From the NCBI GenBank assembly GCA_047285805.1, contig JBJBCN010000003.1, positions 704,001 to 768,000 on the forward strand: 64,000 bases of DNA, given 5' to 3'. The stretch is from Synechococcus sp. (lineage in GTDB: Bacteria; Cyanobacteriota; Cyanobacteriia; PCC-6307; Cyanobiaceae). The position numbers were made by a program, and so were the translations under genes. The notes beneath the pieces were generated by a model. It was not told the DNA's origin. It searched no databases and was given only the letters and a program-made list of their open reading frames with translations. Positions 60,792 to 64,000 of this stretch are shown in pieces (within the stretch, counting starts at the first letter, position 1; each line of letters starts with the position of its first letter).

Positions 60792-61676
60792 TTGCGGCTA
60801 CAGCAGGCGCTTGAGGCGGGCGACTTTGCCCTGACGGCAGAGGTGATGCCCCCCCGCGGTGGGGAGATCAAGCGGACCCTTGAGCACGCAGCGCTCTTGA
60901 AGGATTGGGTGCATGCCGTGAACGTGACCGATGGCAGCCGTGCGGTGATGCGCATGAGCAGCCTGGCGGTGTGCCGCCTGCTGCTCGATGCCGGGGTGGA
61001 GCCTGTCTGGCAGCAGGCCTGCCGTGACCGAAACCGCATTGGCATTCAGGCGGATCTCCTCGGTGCCCATGCCTTAGGCATTCGCAACATCCTCTGTCTC
61101 ACCGGCGATCCGGTGCGCGCCGGGGATCAACCCCAGGCCAGGCCGGTGAATGAGTTGGAGTCGGTGCGCCTGCTGCAGCAGGTCGCAGCTTTTAACCGCG
61201 GTGAGGATCCGGTGGATGGCCCGCTACCGGACGGTCCCACGGACCTTTTCGCCGGCGCCGCTGCAGATCCGCAAAGCCCGAGCTGGAGTGGTCTGAGCAG
61301 CCGGATTCGCCGCAAGCAGAAAGCCGGGGCGCGCTTTGTCCAAACCCAGATGGTGATGGATGAGGACTGCCTGAAGCGCTTTGTCGATGAGATTACCGCG
61401 CCCCTGGAACTCCCCGTCTTGGCAGGGGTGTTTCTGCTGAAGTCTGCGAAGAACGCCGCCTTCATCAACCGGGTCGTTCCCGGCGCCTGCATCCCGCAAT
61501 CGATCATTGATCGCCTCGCGGCTGCGAGCAATCCCGCCGATGAAGGAATCACGATCGCCGCGGAACAGGTCAGCCGTTACGCCACGAACTGCCAGGGGGT
61601 GCACCTGATGGCGGTTAAGGCTGAAGAGCGCATCCCGCTGATCCTGGAACGGGCTGGGTTCAGCCCGCGTTGCTAA
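60792..61676 (+). CDS. metF: Methylenetetrahydrofolate reductase
   Basis: AEVMPPRG, NVTDGSRA, CRDRNRIG, LTGD, GARFVQTQ. Confidence 0.93.
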   Translation: MRLQQALEAGDFALTAEVMPPRGGEIKRTLEHAALLKDWVHAVNVTDGSRAVMRMSSLAVCRLLLDAGVEPVWQQACRDRNRIGIQADLLGAHALGIRNILCLTGDPVRAGDQPQARPVNELESVRLLQQVAAFNRGEDPVDGPLPDGPTDLFAGAAADPQSPSWSGLSSRIRRKQKAGARFVQTQMVMDEDCLKRFVDEITAPLELPVLAGVFLLKSAKNAAFINRVVPGACIPQSIIDRLAAASNPADEGITIAAEQVSRYATNCQGVHLMAVKAEERIPLILERAGFSPRC

Positions 61677-62841
61677 TCGCTAAGTCGGTGCCCAGTAGGT
61701 CGGCCATCGCCTTCTGCTGCGGCGAAGGCTTGGCGTAATCCTGGCGTCGGGCATCGGTGATCAACCAATCGAGGGCGGCTTCCTGTAGGTCGAAGTGATC
61801 GCCGTTGCGGTCGACGCAGTAGCGGCCGAAAACCAGCTTCTCCACCAGACGCACACCTGGTCCGATTCGGGAGTAATCAAAGATGATCGAGTTGTCGACC
61901 GTTGCGCCTTCGCAGATGTGGCAGCTCGGGCCGATCATCGCCGGTCCGATGATCGTGGCGCCGTCTTCGATCTTCGTCATGCCGCCGACGTAGATCGGCC
62001 CTTCAACGTGGATTTTGTCCCAGTTCGCCGCCACATTGAGGCCGGCGTAGATGCCCGGACGCACTTCCTTGCCAGGGATCTGAACCTGACGGACATCGCC
62101 CTGGAGCACGCTGCGGATGGCCTGCCAGTAGTCGGGCACTTTGCCGATGTCCACCCACTCGAAGTCCATCGGCAGGGCGTAGAACGGTGCGCCGTTGGCG
62201 ACCAGTTGGGGGAAGAGATCCGAGCCGATATCGAAAGGAACGCCCTCGGGAACGAAATCGAGAACCTCCGGCTCAAAGATGTAGATGCCGGTGTTGATCA
62301 TGTCGCTAGCTGCTTCTTCCACAGAGGGCTTCTCTTGGAAGGACTTCACCCGCCCGTCGTCATCGGTGACAACGACGCCGTAGCTGCTGACCTGATCGCG
62401 GGAGACGCGCTTGGTGATCAGGCTCGCCATTGCCCCCTTGGCCTTATGGCGTTTGACGGCTTCGCTGAGATCGAGGTCGATCAGCGCATCGCCGCAGAGC
62501 ACCACAAAGGTGTCGTCAAAGAAATGCTGGAAGGTCTGGATTTTCTTGAGTCCGCCAGCCGATCCAACGGCGTCACCAATTAGCTCGCCGTCTTCAATTC
62601 GGCCTTCGAAGCTGTAGGCAATTTCAACGCCAAAGCGTTGGCCATCCCGGAAATAATTCTCAATCTCCTCAGCCAGGTGGGAGACATTTACCATCACTTC
62701 GGTGAACCCGTGCTCCCGGAGAAGTTCCAGCAGAAACTCCATCACGGGTTTCTGAAGGATGGGGATCATCGGCTTCGGGATCGTGTGAGTAATGGGTCTC
62801 ACACGGGTTCCCTTGCCCGCAGCCAGGATCATCGCCTTCAT
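61660..62841 (-). CDS. cugP: NDP-sugar pyrophosphorylase (cyanobacterial CugP type)
   Basis: MKAMILAAGKGTRVRP, PKPMIP, GSAGG, FQEKP, C-terminal hexapeptide repeats. Confidence 0.88.
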   Translation of the reverse strand: MKAMILAAGKGTRVRPITHTIPKPMIPILQKPVMEFLLELLREHGFTEVMVNVSHLAEEIENYFRDGQRFGVEIAYSFEGRIEDGELIGDAVGSAGGLKKIQTFQHFFDDTFVVLCGDALIDLDLSEAVKRHKAKGAMASLITKRVSRDQVSSYGVVVTDDDGRVKSFQEKPSVEEAASDMINTGIYIFEPEVLDFVPEGVPFDIGSDLFPQLVANGAPFYALPMDFEWVDIGKVPDYWQAIRSVLQGDVRQVQIPGKEVRPGIYAGLNVAANWDKIHVEGPIYVGGMTKIEDGATIIGPAMIGPSCHICEGATVDNSIIFDYSRIGPGVRLVEKLVFGRYCVDRNGDHFDLQEAALDWLITDARRQDYAKPSPQQKAMADLLGTDLAISNAG

Positions 62842-62863
62842 CGCGCCACCCTACGCAAAAGAC

Positions 62864-63763
62864 TTAGGCCGCAAGGGGTTCACGAGCCGGCCCCCGAGCT
62901 GACCCTCGTGCTGACTCGAGTTCGGCGGGCAGCGGAAGTTGCACTGATTCCCGCTCATCGAGCAGGCGCTTGAGTTGCAGGGGCCCAAACAACCCGCCCT
63001 GCTGCTCCAACTCCACTTTTCCCTGGGACGAGAGGAAGAGCAGCGCCCAAAAAACGCCGACCCGATCGCGATCCAGGTCCTCCGGCGCCACCTCGGCCCA
63101 GGCTTCCACCAGGCCCTCAAAGCCTGTCCACTCCAGGGATTGGGGCCACTGCAGCAGGAATTGGCTGAGGGCCGCCGTGGTCTCGGGCAGTTTTTCCCGG
63201 TGGGCCAGTGCGGCGACCTGCTCGATCGCAGCACGATCGCTGTATCGGCGGCTCCGTTGACGGTTGCGGACTTGTCCTTCTTCCTGCTCGAGGCGCTCGG
63301 CAATATCCTCGAGCTGACGAATCAGTTCGCCCAGGGTGACCGGCCGTTGCAGAGGAGGCGGAGCGACAGGGCGCCGCAGCAGATGGCGCTCAGGTTTGCG
63401 GGGCAGTTCCAGGCCTGGGGTGAGCAGCCAACCCTGGCCTTCGGCATCGAAATCAAATTCGAACCCGTCCTCTAGTTCGGGCTCCGCTGGGAAGGTTTGG
63501 GCTTCGAGGACCTCGGCCTTCAGGCTGACCAGTACCGAAGCGGCCAAAAACGCTTCGCTGGTTTCGGCGAGATCCTGCTCGTAACTTCCGCCGCGTCCCT
63601 TGTTCAGCGCCGCCACCAGCTTGGGCACTTCAATCCGTTGGCGGAGTTGATCGAGAAAGCCATCGACGACAGCGATCACATCGACGTCCCAGGGGTCTAA
63701 ATCACCCCGTTCAGCGGCGTCTTGCAACAGCCGGATCGCAAGCCTGGCGCCACCTTCGGCCAC
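62864..63763 (-). CDS. scpA: Segregation and condensation protein A
   Basis: LDPWDVDVI, AFLAASVLVSLKA, RPVTLGELI, FWALLFLS. Confidence 0.92.
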   Translation of the reverse strand: MAEGGARLAIRLLQDAAERGDLDPWDVDVIAVVDGFLDQLRQRIEVPKLVAALNKGRGGSYEQDLAETSEAFLAASVLVSLKAEVLEAQTFPAEPELEDGFEFDFDAEGQGWLLTPGLELPRKPERHLLRRPVAPPPLQRPVTLGELIRQLEDIAERLEQEEGQVRNRQRSRRYSDRAAIEQVAALAHREKLPETTAALSQFLLQWPQSLEWTGFEGLVEAWAEVAPEDLDRDRVGVFWALLFLSSQGKVELEQQGGLFGPLQLKRLLDERESVQLPLPAELESARGSARGPAREPLAA

Positions 63764-63882
63764 GGTTTCTTGCGTACTGAACTGACGCTACCGGCTTTAA
63801 GCGGGTTAAGCCAGTCCCCAACCGCGATGTCAGACCATTCTTTTGATGGATTTATGATCTGAATCTGGCGGTTGAAGTTGAA

Positions 63883-63999
63883 CTAGGCCGCTTCTCCCTG
63901 GGCGGAGCTTTCGCCGGCGGCCGGGAGCAGCCCCAGCTGCGCGTCGACGGTGGCCCGGTAGCGCTGGACGTCTTCCTCCAGCTCGCGAATTCGGACCTG
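63883..63999 (-). CDS. 3' end of a gene entering from beyond the window (possibly LapA-domain protein)
   Basis: ...QVRIRELEEDVQRYRATVDAQLGLLPAAGESSAQGEAA*; coiled-coil-like tail. Confidence 0.6.
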   Translation of the reverse strand, partial: QVRIRELEEDVQRYRATVDAQLGLLPAAGESSAQGEAA

Positions 64000-64000
64000 T

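Noticed and set aside
1..64000. CRISPR arrays, tRNA/rRNA, IS elements, integrases, defence systems, CIRCE element near hrcA
   Set aside because: None seen; intergenic gaps are short and nearly all sequence is explained by recognisable genes.

Overview
High-GC picocyanobacterial (Synechococcus/Cyanobium-like) chromosome segment, almost entirely core genes: rplJ-rplL, rnhA-pyrD, cobD/murG, pgk, rbgA, relA/spoT, mnmE-nadC-argS-hisC, trpG-dgkA-ybeY-prfB (programmed +1 frameshift), grxC-gshB, menF/A/C/E, ndhH, rsmH, a cysteine desulfurase, ycf29, chlM, nagA, purE, cysC, trpB, hrcA, gltA, ndhA-I-G-E, nadK, metF, cugP and scpA. No tRNA, rRNA, CRISPR array, transposase or prophage was seen. Non-routine signals: (1) an OmpR/EnvZ-like two-component pair flanked by two small secreted-protein genes (one with four EF-hands), both carrying an upstream TGGTCACA motif, a candidate Ca2+/envelope-sensing regulon; (2) a deletion scar at about 4241-4252 fusing two convergent gene remnants, possibly marking loss of a type IV pilus assembly locus; (3) a K+ channel pseudogene whose two stop codons sit in the arms of a perfect 18-bp inverted repeat, suggesting template-switch mutagenesis; (4) a Yfr2-type sRNA with promoter and terminator; (5) an orphan ABC exporter with a C-terminal cNMP-binding domain; (6) small ORFs missed or hidden in the ORF track. 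All identifications are by motif recognition only; no searches were run.
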